From: an uncultured bacterium
Lineage (GTDB): Bacteria; SAR324; NAC60-12
Assembly: GCA_965662235.1 (NCBI GenBank)
Contig: CBFIGY010000001.1
Location: forward strand, 32,001 to 96,000
Direction: 5' to 3'
DNA length: 64,000 nt
Shown: positions 11,794-23,885 of the stretch, in pieces
Layout: each line of letters begins with the position of its first letter
Position numbering within the stretch: the stretch's first letter is position 1
Notes under the pieces: model-generated
What the model was told of the DNA's origin: nothing
What the model saw: only the letters and a program-made list of their open reading frames with translations
The model's database searches: none
Position numbers and translations under genes: made by a program

Positions 11794-12486
11794 TCAGAGG
11801 CGGGTGATGTTGGCTTCACTGACAAAGTTCAGGCGCTTGAGACGAGTGGCTTCCGTGTTGGCTTGTCCTCGTGTGAGTTTCCCCACCCGGACACGATACC
11901 AGACTTGGCTGGTCGGTGAAACATACTTGTCCACGTAAGCGTCCCGGAACCCGTTTTCATTGAGGCGGGTCACCATGTCTTCAGCCATCTTCAGCACCCG
12001 GTAGGCTGCCACCTGAATGGTGTAGGTCCGGTCTGGAGAAGGAGCCGGCTTCGGCGGAATGGGCTTGGGCTTGGCGGGTGCTGGACTCGGCACCACGGCG
12101 ACCGGCTTGGAAGGAGACGGCGGCGCCGGAACCTCAGCGGCACTCGTAGCTTCAGAATTCGCCACTTCGGCTTGGTTGACCTCATCGGCCAGCACGCTGG
12201 TTCGTTCTCGGAGCTTGCTCAGGTTTTCCAGATCAATCGCAGGTTCGTCGGCTGGCTCATCGGCCAACTGAAAAAACTGCATCTGCTCCGGACTCACCTC
12301 TTCTTCGGCTCCGTCTTGAGGCAAAGGGGCCAGCAGTTCGGCCTCAGGGCTTCTGAGGCTCTTGCCTGTGGTCATCCCCAGGTAAAACGCAAGCACTAGG
12401 CTGAGGGAGCCCAACGCCACCAAAGAGGTCGCCTGAAGGGTGCTGAGTTTGAGGTTAATGAGCGGTTTCGGCTTCGGTGCTGCCAT
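11794..12486 (-). CDS. SPOR-domain protein (FtsN/DedD-like)
   Basis: N-terminal TM, Pro/Ala-rich linker, C-terminal YTIQVAAY...WYRVRVG. Confidence 0.85.
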   Translation of the reverse strand: MAAPKPKPLINLKLSTLQATSLVALGSLSLVLAFYLGMTTGKSLRSPEAELLAPLPQDGAEEEVSPEQMQFFQLADEPADEPAIDLENLSKLRERTSVLADEVNQAEVANSEATSAAEVPAPPSPSKPVAVVPSPAPAKPKPIPPKPAPSPDRTYTIQVAAYRVLKMAEDMVTRLNENGFRDAYVDKYVSPTSQVWYRVRVGKLTRGQANTEATRLKRLNFVSEANITRL

Positions 12487-13180
12487 TACTGGATTTCGGA
12501 AACGTCCAAGGACCCTGAAGTGTCGGGAAGTTCAAGGCGTCCTGAAGCTGAAGAAGGAATTCGCCCCGCGAGACCTCACGAGCGCCCATACTCAACAGAT
12601 GCGTGGTGGGCATCTGACAATCAATGAAACGTATTTGCAGGGAACGAGCCAACTCGCTCAACTGAACCAATGCAACCTTGGAGGCATTGCTTTCCAGGCT
12701 GAACATCGACTCGCCAAAGAACGCCCGTCCCAGCGAAACCCCGTACAGTCCCCCCACCAGCTGCCCGTCCCGCCAGCACTCAACCGAGTGCGCTAGGCCC
12801 TGGTGAAACAGCTCCGTATACGCCTCCTGCATCGACGTTGTGATCCAGGTGCCCTTTCCTTCCTCGAGCCGCAGCTCGGCACAGTGCCCAATCACTTCTG
12901 GGAATGCCGTGTCAACGCGAACCTCAAAGTACTCGCGTCGGAGCACCTTCCGGAGGCTCCGGGAGACGCGGACCTCTTCCGGATACAGCAGCAGGCGAGG
13001 ATTCGGACTCCACCAGAGGAGCGGTTGCCCTTCCTCATACCAGGGGAAGATGCCCCGCCGGTAAGCTTCAATGAGTCGAGGGGTCGACAGGTCTCCACCA
13101 ATCGCCAGCAAGCCGTCCGATTCCGCCTCCTGAGGGTCCGGAAACAGAGGCAGGTTTTTCATCAACCGGTAAACGGGCAT
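12455..13180 (-). CDS. aat: Leucyl/phenylalanyl-tRNA--protein transferase
   Basis: GLLAIGGDL, AYRRGIFPW, WWSPNPR, HSVECW, LVGGLYG, FFGESMF, DCQ. Confidence 0.95.
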   Translation of the reverse strand: MPVYRLMKNLPLFPDPQEAESDGLLAIGGDLSTPRLIEAYRRGIFPWYEEGQPLLWWSPNPRLLLYPEEVRVSRSLRKVLRREYFEVRVDTAFPEVIGHCAELRLEEGKGTWITTSMQEAYTELFHQGLAHSVECWRDGQLVGGLYGVSLGRAFFGESMFSLESNASKVALVQLSELARSLQIRFIDCQMPTTHLLSMGAREVSRGEFLLQLQDALNFPTLQGPWTFPKSSNGSTEAETAH

Positions 13181-13201
13181 GGAGGAGGGAGGACGGTAGG
13201 A

Positions 13202-13223
13202 GTCCGGACCCAACGGTCCGGAC
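13202..13223. terminator. Hairpin between sodB and aat
   Basis: GTCCGGACC-CAAC-GGTCCGGAC, perfect 9-bp stem. Confidence 0.5.
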
Positions 13224-13237
13224 CAAGAGGAGGGGGA

Positions 13238-13816
13238 TTAAGCGAACTGAGACGCGACGTAGTCCCAGTTGACCACGTTCCACCAGGACTCAATGTAGGC
13301 CGGGCGGGCGTTGCGCTTGTCCACGTAGTAGGCGTGCTCCCAGACGTCGAGGGTCAGGATCGCCTTCTGTCCGGAAGTCATGGGCAGTCCGGCGTTGCTG
13401 GTGTTGACGATCGCCAGTGAGCCGTCTTCCTGCTTCACCAACCACGTCCAGCCGGAGCCAAAGTTGCCGGCAGCCGACTTGGAGAACTGGTCCTTGAAGT
13501 CCGCGAAGGAGCCAAAGGCTGCGTTGATGGCATCTGCCAGCGCGCCCGTCGGCTCGCCTCCGCCGTTCGGGCCCATGCAGTTCCAGTAGAAGGTGTGGTT
13601 CCACACCTGTGCCGCGTTGTTGAAGACGCCTCCGGAGGAATTCATGATGATCTCTTCCAGGCTCTTGCCTTCATGCTCGGATCCGGACACCAGATTGTTC
13701 AGATTGGTGACATAAGCCTGATGGTGCTTGCCATAGTGAAACTCCAGGGTTTCAGCAGAAATGTGCGGCTCCAGGGCATTCTTGGCGTAGGGCAATTCGG
13801 GCAGAGTAAATGCCAT
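13238..13816 (-). CDS. sodB: Superoxide dismutase [Fe]
   Basis: MAFTLPELPY, HYGKHH, FNNAAQVWNHTFYW, DVWEHAYY; AAQ motif indicates Fe type; AAGGAG RBS. Confidence 0.95.
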   Translation of the reverse strand: MAFTLPELPYAKNALEPHISAETLEFHYGKHHQAYVTNLNNLVSGSEHEGKSLEEIIMNSSGGVFNNAAQVWNHTFYWNCMGPNGGGEPTGALADAINAAFGSFADFKDQFSKSAAGNFGSGWTWLVKQEDGSLAIVNTSNAGLPMTSGQKAILTLDVWEHAYYVDKRNARPAYIESWWNVVNWDYVASQFA

Positions 13817-13901
13817 TTTGATCTCCTTCGATGAGGGGTTGAGTCGTGATCTATAGGGTAAAAGTTCCACCCAAAAGGATAGCCAGCAGGTGAGCAGGCT
13901 T

Positions 13902-14573
13902 TCAAGAGAAAACTTGGGCTGCGTGTTGGGTCTGGGCCAGATGAAGCAACTTTTGGGCGTCAAATCCGGAACAGCGCTGCGTTGGCAGGTCAATGACGGC
14001 GTGTGCCAGTTCTTGATAGCGACGCCGACGGGCGGCCAGCAATTGGGGGTAGCACCGGCGCAGTGCCACTTCCGGGGCTTCTTCCGGCTGAGGCTGATAC
14101 GCGCCGCCCCACACCACGGGTTTGGGATCCTCCAGAAACGTCTGGAGCATCTGCTGGTCCTGCTCCGGATCGCTGCTCAGGTAGATCATCTGAACCTGCT
14201 GCCGGAGCCGTTCAATGGAAACGGGTGAGAGGTAAATGAAGCTTCCGGTGGTGTCGATTACCACCGACTGCTCGGCAGGAAGGGCCTCGAGTCGCTCGCA
14301 CAGGGTATCGGTGATTTGCCCCTCCCAGCGCAGGTAGGTGGCTTCCGCCTCCGCATAGCGGTCGTCAAACGGATGCCCCATCCAGTCGGCCAGATCTCGG
14401 GTCGACTGCAGGTCCAGCTGGGCATGCTGCCGTAGCGCTTCTGCAATGAGCTCGTCGCAGCTCCAGCGCAGAAACCCCAGCGCCTCCAAGCGGTGCGACC
14501 AGTGGGACTTGCCCACACCCGACATCCCAACCAGCGCCACACGGCCTGATGACTTCACGGAGGCCTGCCTCAT
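13902..14573 (-). CDS. Shikimate-kinase-like P-loop NTPase, function unknown
   Basis: Walker A GMSGVGKS, VIDTTGS, RRRRYQELA. Confidence 0.7.
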   Translation of the reverse strand: MRQASVKSSGRVALVGMSGVGKSHWSHRLEALGFLRWSCDELIAEALRQHAQLDLQSTRDLADWMGHPFDDRYAEAEATYLRWEGQITDTLCERLEALPAEQSVVIDTTGSFIYLSPVSIERLRQQVQMIYLSSDPEQDQQMLQTFLEDPKPVVWGGAYQPQPEEAPEVALRRCYPQLLAARRRRYQELAHAVIDLPTQRCSGFDAQKLLHLAQTQHAAQVFS

Positions 14574-14587
14574 CAAACCGGGGCCAC

Positions 14588-14974
14588 TCAGGCCAGAGGA
14601 ATCTGCAAAATGTCGAGGTACTGTTCATCATCCAAACGGAACAATCCCTGGACCTCCGATGAGATGCTTACCCGGACACGGTCCGGATCCAGTCCAATGA
14701 CCGAATGCGTGTCGCCTTCAATTCGCAGAAAGTACAGCAACGTGAGCTTGTCCTGCATCTCTTCGTAATGAAAGCCGATTTTGAGGGATTCTTTTTGGAT
14801 GAGGCGGGAGAGGAGGTGAGGCACTCGTTCGTCTGATTGCCCCGGGAGGGTCTTGAGAGCTTCAGTGTAGGGGAAGCTCCGAATGGCGTACTGTAGGATG
14901 ACCTCTTCCAGCCCTTGATCGAGGCGATGGTGAGTGGAAGCGGCGGCGGTCTGCAAAGCCTGATCGGTACTCAT
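14588..14974 (-). CDS. Hypothetical protein
   Basis: 128-aa ORF with AAGGAG RBS, co-oriented and filling the gap; no family recognised. Confidence 0.65.
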   Translation of the reverse strand: MSTDQALQTAAASTHHRLDQGLEEVILQYAIRSFPYTEALKTLPGQSDERVPHLLSRLIQKESLKIGFHYEEMQDKLTLLYFLRIEGDTHSVIGLDPDRVRVSISSEVQGLFRLDDEQYLDILQIPLA

Positions 14975-15149
14975 GAACTCCTTATCGGGAATGGTTCATG
15001 CCCCTCTTGACTTGAGGCTAATACCTGTAAAGTGTAACAGCATTTTTCAATTTTTAGCAAAGCCAAATTTTGGAGCCGGCCTCCTGATGGAGGAAACCTA
15101 CCCGCAGAAACGGCCCCACTCTGCCCCCTCCGGAGCCGGCTCAACGCGC

Positions 15150-18310
<3,161 letters not shown>

Positions 18311-18416
18311 AATCTAACTCGATTAGAGGACCAAAGAAGCCAGAAAACGCTAAGGGAACTCCACCTGCTTTGCAAGTTGTTTACGCCCTGTTTCTTGTGT
18401 GAAACGGCTGGACTCT

Positions 18417-19406
18417 TTACTCAGGAAGACAGGTTTCGTGCAAGCGCGCAAGCTCCTTGCGTTTCCCCAGCACAATCACCGTATCCTGCTCCTGGAGAAA
18501 GGTTTCTCCGCTGACGTCAAAGTGACGCTCGCCGTTCCGGATGACCGCCAGGATTTTGACAAAGCTGCTCAGGTGCAGCTCGCTCAACCGCTTCCCCGCA
18601 ATCGCTGAGCGCTCCGGGAGCTCAATCTGATCCAGCGCCCAATCGTCGTTTTCAATGTCGAGGGCAAACCCAAGGAAGTCCATCACATCTGGACGGAGCA
18701 GCGTGTGCACCACCTGGAAGCCCCCCAGCTCAAACGGCGACAGCACCCGGTTGGCTCCTGCCCGGACCAGTTTTTTTTCCATCATCGGCTCTGAAGCCCA
18801 GGCCACAATGTTGAGATGCGGGTTGAGCTGACGGGCTGAGAGTACCAGAAACGCGTTATCCGCGTCATCACCCAAAATCGCAATCAGCCCCTTTGCCTTG
18901 TCGATGCCGGCCTGAGCCAAGCAGTGATCGTCTGTGGCATCACCGTGGATGCTCAGCAGCTCCAGCTCCTCAGTATCCCCAATCCGCTCAGACGCGTTCT
19001 CAATGACCACAAAGGGAATCCGGTGGTTCAGCAACTGGCGGCACACCGCTCGTCCCTTGCGTCCCAATCCACAAACGATGTAGTGGCCTTCAAGTTGTTT
19101 CATGTAACGCTCTTTCTTGAGTTTTCGCCACAGCGCATGCACCCCGCCTTCGGTGATGAAGGAAAAGACCGACGCAATTGAGTAGGCCACGGTTCCTAGG
19201 CTGATGAAGATCAGGCCAATGGTAAACATCCGCCCCCCAAAGCTCAGGGGCTGGGTCTCTCCGTATCCGACCGACGAGATCGTGATGATCGTCATGTAGA
19301 GCGCATCCTGCCAGGCCCACCCTTCAATGAGGATGTACCCCACGGATCCGGTAATCACCACAATCGGGGGCAGCAGCGTCAGCCAGAGCAGTCGTCCAAA
19401 GATCAT
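18417..19406 (-). CDS. Potassium channel protein with RCK (TrkA-N/TrkA-C) domains
   Basis: DALYMTIITISSVGYG pore/filter, IVCGLGRKG Rossmann motif, GDATD. Confidence 0.9.
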   Translation of the reverse strand: MIFGRLLWLTLLPPIVVITGSVGYILIEGWAWQDALYMTIITISSVGYGETQPLSFGGRMFTIGLIFISLGTVAYSIASVFSFITEGGVHALWRKLKKERYMKQLEGHYIVCGLGRKGRAVCRQLLNHRIPFVVIENASERIGDTEELELLSIHGDATDDHCLAQAGIDKAKGLIAILGDDADNAFLVLSARQLNPHLNIVAWASEPMMEKKLVRAGANRVLSPFELGGFQVVHTLLRPDVMDFLGFALDIENDDWALDQIELPERSAIAGKRLSELHLSSFVKILAVIRNGERHFDVSGETFLQEQDTVIVLGKRKELARLHETCLPE

Positions 19407-20380
19407 CACACGGCTCCGGCATCACGCGTCCAGCGCGCCAGCACCCGCTGCAGGCATTCCGGAGGACACAGAAACTGCTCGGCCTTGGGGGGCACCAGAA
19501 CCTCATGACGCTCCCAGCCCCCAGCGTGTGCCAACTGCTCATAACAGCCCCCTCCGCTCTTCCGGACCGGGCGGATCTCCAGCACCCGCACCGACCGAGG
19601 CGCAAACAGTAAGTTGGTCAATCCGGCTCCGTGAGGCGCCACGATCCACTCGGCTTCCCGAAACAAACGCACCTGCTCCGGAATCGGATACGCCTCCAGC
19701 TGCACCGGTCGCACATCAAACGCCTCCAGAACCGGCAACAGCTCGGCCTCATTGACCAAGTGACGCCGAGTTGCCTGCGCCCGGGAGAGGTAGAGCCGCC
19801 GTCGGCCCGTTCCTCTCCGTGAAGGCACCTGCTTCTGAAAGAAGGCCCGGAGCTGCGCCACCTTCGCAGCAGACCATTCAGGGGTCGATTCTTCTGGGAT
19901 CACCAAGGCTTCCGGAACCCACGCGCCGGGAGCCAGCCGCTGCACCGCCCATCCGGACGAGTGGAGGAAGGTTTCAAACGGTTCCGGCCAGTCCGGACGG
20001 ACCAGCACCGGAAAGCAGGGGGCGCGGAGTAGGTGGGGCATCAGGTCAGAAAGAAAGTGGTAGTAACTGTTCATGTGCGGGTGCAGGCCCCAGTGAAAGG
20101 TCCCGGGCAGCAGCGACGCTTCTGCTCGCTGAGGAAGCGGTTCACTCAAACGCCAGCCCATGTGCCGATGGGCCGCGCCGTGGGTTGGGTTCTGTTCCGG
20201 ATGCCGGCGGCTCCACCGGAAGCGCTGGAAGTGAAACCACAGCTCCTCCTCCGTGCACACCAGACCATCTGGACTGGAAACCAGCGGCCCCTGCAGCGTC
20301 AGCCCCACCTCCGGGATCTGCCGGCTTTTGCGTTGCACGTCTTGGGGAAATTTTGCACCCTGACTCTTTTCCGCCTCCAC
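19406..20380 (-). CDS. Glycosyltransferase family 61 (DUF563-like)
   Basis: YYHFLSD, RLYLSR...RHLVNEAE, IVAPHGAGLTNLLF, VLEI. Confidence 0.8.
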   Translation of the reverse strand: MEAEKSQGAKFPQDVQRKSRQIPEVGLTLQGPLVSSPDGLVCTEEELWFHFQRFRWSRRHPEQNPTHGAAHRHMGWRLSEPLPQRAEASLLPGTFHWGLHPHMNSYYHFLSDLMPHLLRAPCFPVLVRPDWPEPFETFLHSSGWAVQRLAPGAWVPEALVIPEESTPEWSAAKVAQLRAFFQKQVPSRRGTGRRRLYLSRAQATRRHLVNEAELLPVLEAFDVRPVQLEAYPIPEQVRLFREAEWIVAPHGAGLTNLLFAPRSVRVLEIRPVRKSGGGCYEQLAHAGGWERHEVLVPPKAEQFLCPPECLQRVLARWTRDAGAV

Positions 20381-20397
20381 CTGATCGACCTCTCCGC

Positions 20398-20937
20398 ATG
20401 AACGAAGTCATTCTCTACACCGCCGTCAGCCTCGACGGCTTCATTGCGCCTGAAGACGGCTCCCTCGACTGGCTTGAGGCACCAGAGTACCAGACTCCAG
20501 AGGTCCGTCAGGAAGACTTTGGTTACGGGAACCTGCTCAAGCACACGGCGCTCCTAGCGGTGGGACGCCTCACCTACGACCAGATCGCCCAACAGGGACA
20601 GTGGAATTACCCGGACCAGGAAACCGTCGTCTTCTCCCACCAGACGCTCTCCGGACTCCCCGCGTCAGTGACCCAGGCATCCGGACCGCTGGTTCAGCAA
20701 GTCGACCGTTGGAAGCAAGACCTGAAGGGGAACATCTGGCTGGTGGGCGGCGGCGTGCTCAATGGAGCCTTTCTCCGAGAACACCTCATCGACCGCCTCA
20801 TCCTCACCGTTTTGCCAGTAACGCTGGGAATGGGGCGACCTCTGTTTGCGCACGAGCCCCGTCCACACCACTGGACCCTGTGCCGCCAGCAGGCGTGGTC
20901 CAACGGCTTTACTCAGCTGGAGTATGTGCCCCGCTAG
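20398..20937 (+). CDS. Dihydrofolate reductase/RibD C-terminal family protein
   Basis: LYTAVSLDGFIA, GRLTYD, IWLVGGG, LIDRLILTVLPVTLG; real start ATG 20398 lies inside the longer called ORF. Confidence 0.88.
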   Translation: MNEVILYTAVSLDGFIAPEDGSLDWLEAPEYQTPEVRQEDFGYGNLLKHTALLAVGRLTYDQIAQQGQWNYPDQETVVFSHQTLSGLPASVTQASGPLVQQVDRWKQDLKGNIWLVGGGVLNGAFLREHLIDRLILTVLPVTLGMGRPLFAHEPRPHHWTLCRQQAWSNGFTQLEYVPR

Positions 20938-22546
20938 GTTCGTCCGCCAAGCCGCCTGGTTTTGGGGAGCGCTGCTTTGGAGCACCGGCGGAGCTGCCGG
21001 AAAGAGCCCCCACGTGCTTCCGGAAGCCGCCTTTCCCTTTACGATCCAGGATCGGACTCCCACTCAACCGGCGCCCGGAGACCAAGCGGAGCTAACACTG
21101 GCGCTGACCTCCGACCTGCATGGTTCTCTGCACGGAGGCTCCTCTCGGAAACCACGAGGCCTCCTGCACCTCGCGGCGCCGCTGAAACGCCTGAGGCAGC
21201 AGCACCCTGACCTGATTTTGCTGGATGGTGGCGACACCCTTCAGGGAGGCCTCACCAACGCCTACCTCCGCACCCATCCCCACCCAACGCTGCCCATCAT
21301 CACCCTGATGAACGCCCTTGGCTACTCCGCCACGGTGCTGGGCAACCACGACCTCGAGCCGCCTTCCAAGCTGCTTCAGCAGGCCCTCCGGCAATCGCAC
21401 TTCCCGTGGCTGGGCGCCAACGTCGTTTCAGCGTCATCGGGGCAACGGCTGCTACCGCCCTACCGCGTCTTTGAGCGCCAAGGCGTCCGGATGGGCGTGG
21501 TGGGGTTGACCACACCTGGCATCCCCCTCTGGGTGGATCCGGAGCAACGGGCTGGCCTCAACTTCCAGGACCTGCTGGAGAGCCTGAAGCCGTGGGTCAC
21601 CGTACTCCACGAGCGGGAAAAGGTCGATGTCCTCCTCGCCCTCCTCCATAGCGGTGAACGCACCGATTATGATCGCTGGCCGGCCCTTGCAGAAGGACTC
21701 CCGGATCCCAATGCTGCCGGGCTAGTGGCTGACACCGTGGCCGGGGTGGATGTCGTTGTTTCCGGACACGCCCACCGGATCTTCCCACGGCGACCAACCA
21801 CCCGCCTAACGCAGTTTCGGCACCCGCTGGTTTCTCCGGGAAGCCTCGCGCAGGGCCTCATGGTGCTCCACCTGACGCTCCACGAACAGCACCAACGGTG
21901 GCAACTGACTCAGGTGCAGGCACACTGGGAACCGGCGGCCTCGCATCCGGACCCGATGCTGCAGGCGCTGGTGCAGGAAGAACAAGCCCGAGCGCAAGCA
22001 TGGGCTGATGCAGAAACAGCCTGGCGCTTCCGGGAGGTTCCTCAGGCCCAGCAGCTCAATGAGTGTGGCGCTCGCCTTCAGCACCTCGCCGTCGTCGAAG
22101 CACTGGGCGGGACCGCCAGCCTCCTCCCTGCGACGTGGTTTGGATTTCGCCTTCCTCAAAAAGACCTTCATCAGCCTGTCCGGAGACGGCACCTGCTGCG
22201 CTGGATCCGTTATGACAACACGCTGGTGCAGGCTCAGCAAACACGGCACCAGCTGGAGATCTGGCAGCAGCCGTTTCAGCGCTGGAAGGCAGGAAAGTCT
22301 GTCAGAGGCAGCACCGTCCTCTCACCCCAAGGACTGGAAGAGGTGCCTCCGGAGGGCACTACGGTCTGGCTGACCAACTACCACTGGAACGGTGGAGGTG
22401 GACTGGGCGCCCGGACGCTTCGGCACCCCAGCCAGGTGCAGCGACAGGATCAGACGCTGCTGCGGGAGCGGGTCTTTGCCTTCCTCCAGCAGCCTCGTCG
22501 GAACCTGCCTGCCGCCTGTTCGTTCCTGGAGCCTCAGCTGCCTTGA
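20924..22546 (+). CDS. Metallophosphoesterase, 5'-nucleotidase/CpdB-like
   Basis: TSDLHG, DGGDTLQG, GNHD, WLGAN, GHAH; start uncertain. Confidence 0.85.
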   Translation: MCPARFVRQAAWFWGALLWSTGGAAGKSPHVLPEAAFPFTIQDRTPTQPAPGDQAELTLALTSDLHGSLHGGSSRKPRGLLHLAAPLKRLRQQHPDLILLDGGDTLQGGLTNAYLRTHPHPTLPIITLMNALGYSATVLGNHDLEPPSKLLQQALRQSHFPWLGANVVSASSGQRLLPPYRVFERQGVRMGVVGLTTPGIPLWVDPEQRAGLNFQDLLESLKPWVTVLHEREKVDVLLALLHSGERTDYDRWPALAEGLPDPNAAGLVADTVAGVDVVVSGHAHRIFPRRPTTRLTQFRHPLVSPGSLAQGLMVLHLTLHEQHQRWQLTQVQAHWEPAASHPDPMLQALVQEEQARAQAWADAETAWRFREVPQAQQLNECGARLQHLAVVEALGGTASLLPATWFGFRLPQKDLHQPVRRRHLLRWIRYDNTLVQAQQTRHQLEIWQQPFQRWKAGKSVRGSTVLSPQGLEEVPPEGTTVWLTNYHWNGGGGLGARTLRHPSQVQRQDQTLLRERVFAFLQQPRRNLPAACSFLEPQLP

Positions 22547-22564
22547 AGAAGCACGCCCGGAGGA

Positions 22565-23755
22565 TCAGGTGGTGTAGTCGGCGTTGATCGTGACGTAGTC
22601 GCGAGAGAGGTCACATCCCCAGACTCGTTCCTGATGCGTTCCGGTGCCCACCACCAACTCAATCGGCACATCTTCTTGCTGCAACAAGGCCCCCACGCCC
22701 TCGAGGTCGGCGGTTCCGTCTTCCATGCTGGCAGCATCAATGGCCAGCCGGTTTGGTTCACGCCCAAAGAGGATCCTCAGCTCCTCCCGCTGCACCGGGT
22801 GGTCAAATGCCTTCCCAATCGCCATCACAAAACGCCCCCAGTTTGGATCAGCGCCGTGAATGGCCGTTTTGATGAGCGGTGAGTTGATGACCGTCTTTGC
22901 AATCGTCAGGGCCATCTCTGGACTGTGTGCTCCGGAAACCGTCAGCTCAATGAGCTTGGTGGCTCCTTCGCCATCTCGGGCCAGCTTACGGGCCAGCACC
23001 TGCGTCAGTTCCTCAAGGGCCTGTTCAAACGCTTCCAGATCAACAGGACCTGCAGCCCCGCTTGCCATCAGCACCACCGTGTCGCTCGTCGAAGTATCGG
23101 AGTCCACCGAGACCCGGTTGAAGCTCTTGTCCACGACACGCTTGAGCATCGGCTGCAGCGTGCCTTCCGGAAGCTCAGCATCGGTCACCAGGTAGCTGAG
23201 CATGGTCGCCATGTTGGGTTCAATCATGCCAGACCCCTTCGCCACACCCAGCAAGGTGGCGTCTCCAACCTTTGCCGTCGCCCACTTAGGAACGGTGTCT
23301 GTGGTCATGATTGCTCGGGCGAATTGCTCAATGTGCGCCGGAGTCGAGCCCAGGCTCGGGGCAATCCGGGAGAAGCCACTGCGGATGCGTTCCATGGGAA
23401 GGCGCCGGCCGATCACGCCGGTTGACGAGGGCAGCACCTGTTCCGGAGCCACGCCCAGGGCTTCGGCCACGCCACGGCACATTTCCTGAGCATCGGCAAT
23501 GCCGCCCTGCCCAGTGGCCACATTGGCGTTCTTCGAGTTCACCACCACCGCCTGCAGACGTCCGGAAGCCACATGCTCGCGTCCGACCCAAATGGGCGCG
23601 CCCGGCATGGTGCTCCGCGTAAAGACGGCCGCTGCATGGCAAAGGCGATCCGCCGCCAGCACTCCAAAGTCCAGGGTCTCGTCCTTGATCCCCAAATTTA
23701 TTCCCATCCACCGAAATCCTCGGACTTCTACCAGTGGCGAATTCTCCAAAAACAT
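22565..23755 (-). CDS. argJ: Ornithine acetyltransferase / N-acetylglutamate synthase
   Basis: NSKNAN, STGVIG, IMTTDT, KGSGMIEPNMATML, DTSTSD, DGEGATK, PNWGR, INADYT. Confidence 0.95.
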   Translation of the reverse strand: MFLENSPLVEVRGFRWMGINLGIKDETLDFGVLAADRLCHAAAVFTRSTMPGAPIWVGREHVASGRLQAVVVNSKNANVATGQGGIADAQEMCRGVAEALGVAPEQVLPSSTGVIGRRLPMERIRSGFSRIAPSLGSTPAHIEQFARAIMTTDTVPKWATAKVGDATLLGVAKGSGMIEPNMATMLSYLVTDAELPEGTLQPMLKRVVDKSFNRVSVDSDTSTSDTVVLMASGAAGPVDLEAFEQALEELTQVLARKLARDGEGATKLIELTVSGAHSPEMALTIAKTVINSPLIKTAIHGADPNWGRFVMAIGKAFDHPVQREELRILFGREPNRLAIDAASMEDGTADLEGVGALLQQEDVPIELVVGTGTHQERVWGCDLSRDYVTINADYTT

Positions 23756-23885
23756 GGCACCCTTGTGTCGCATTGATTGAGCTTATCAGAAAGGCGCCTC
23801 CCGGACTCCGGAGTTCCTCTGAATCCAGGCACCAGCGCTGCCGCCCTCAGTCGTTTTCTGAAACCGAACCGGCACCACGTCCCTC

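Noticed and set aside
19771..20397. N-terminal extensions in the ORF track (also dctD 4051-4266, sodB 13817-13993, 25793-26143, 27794-28204)
   Set aside because: They overlap neighbouring genes or promoters; family homology and RBS point to the downstream starts
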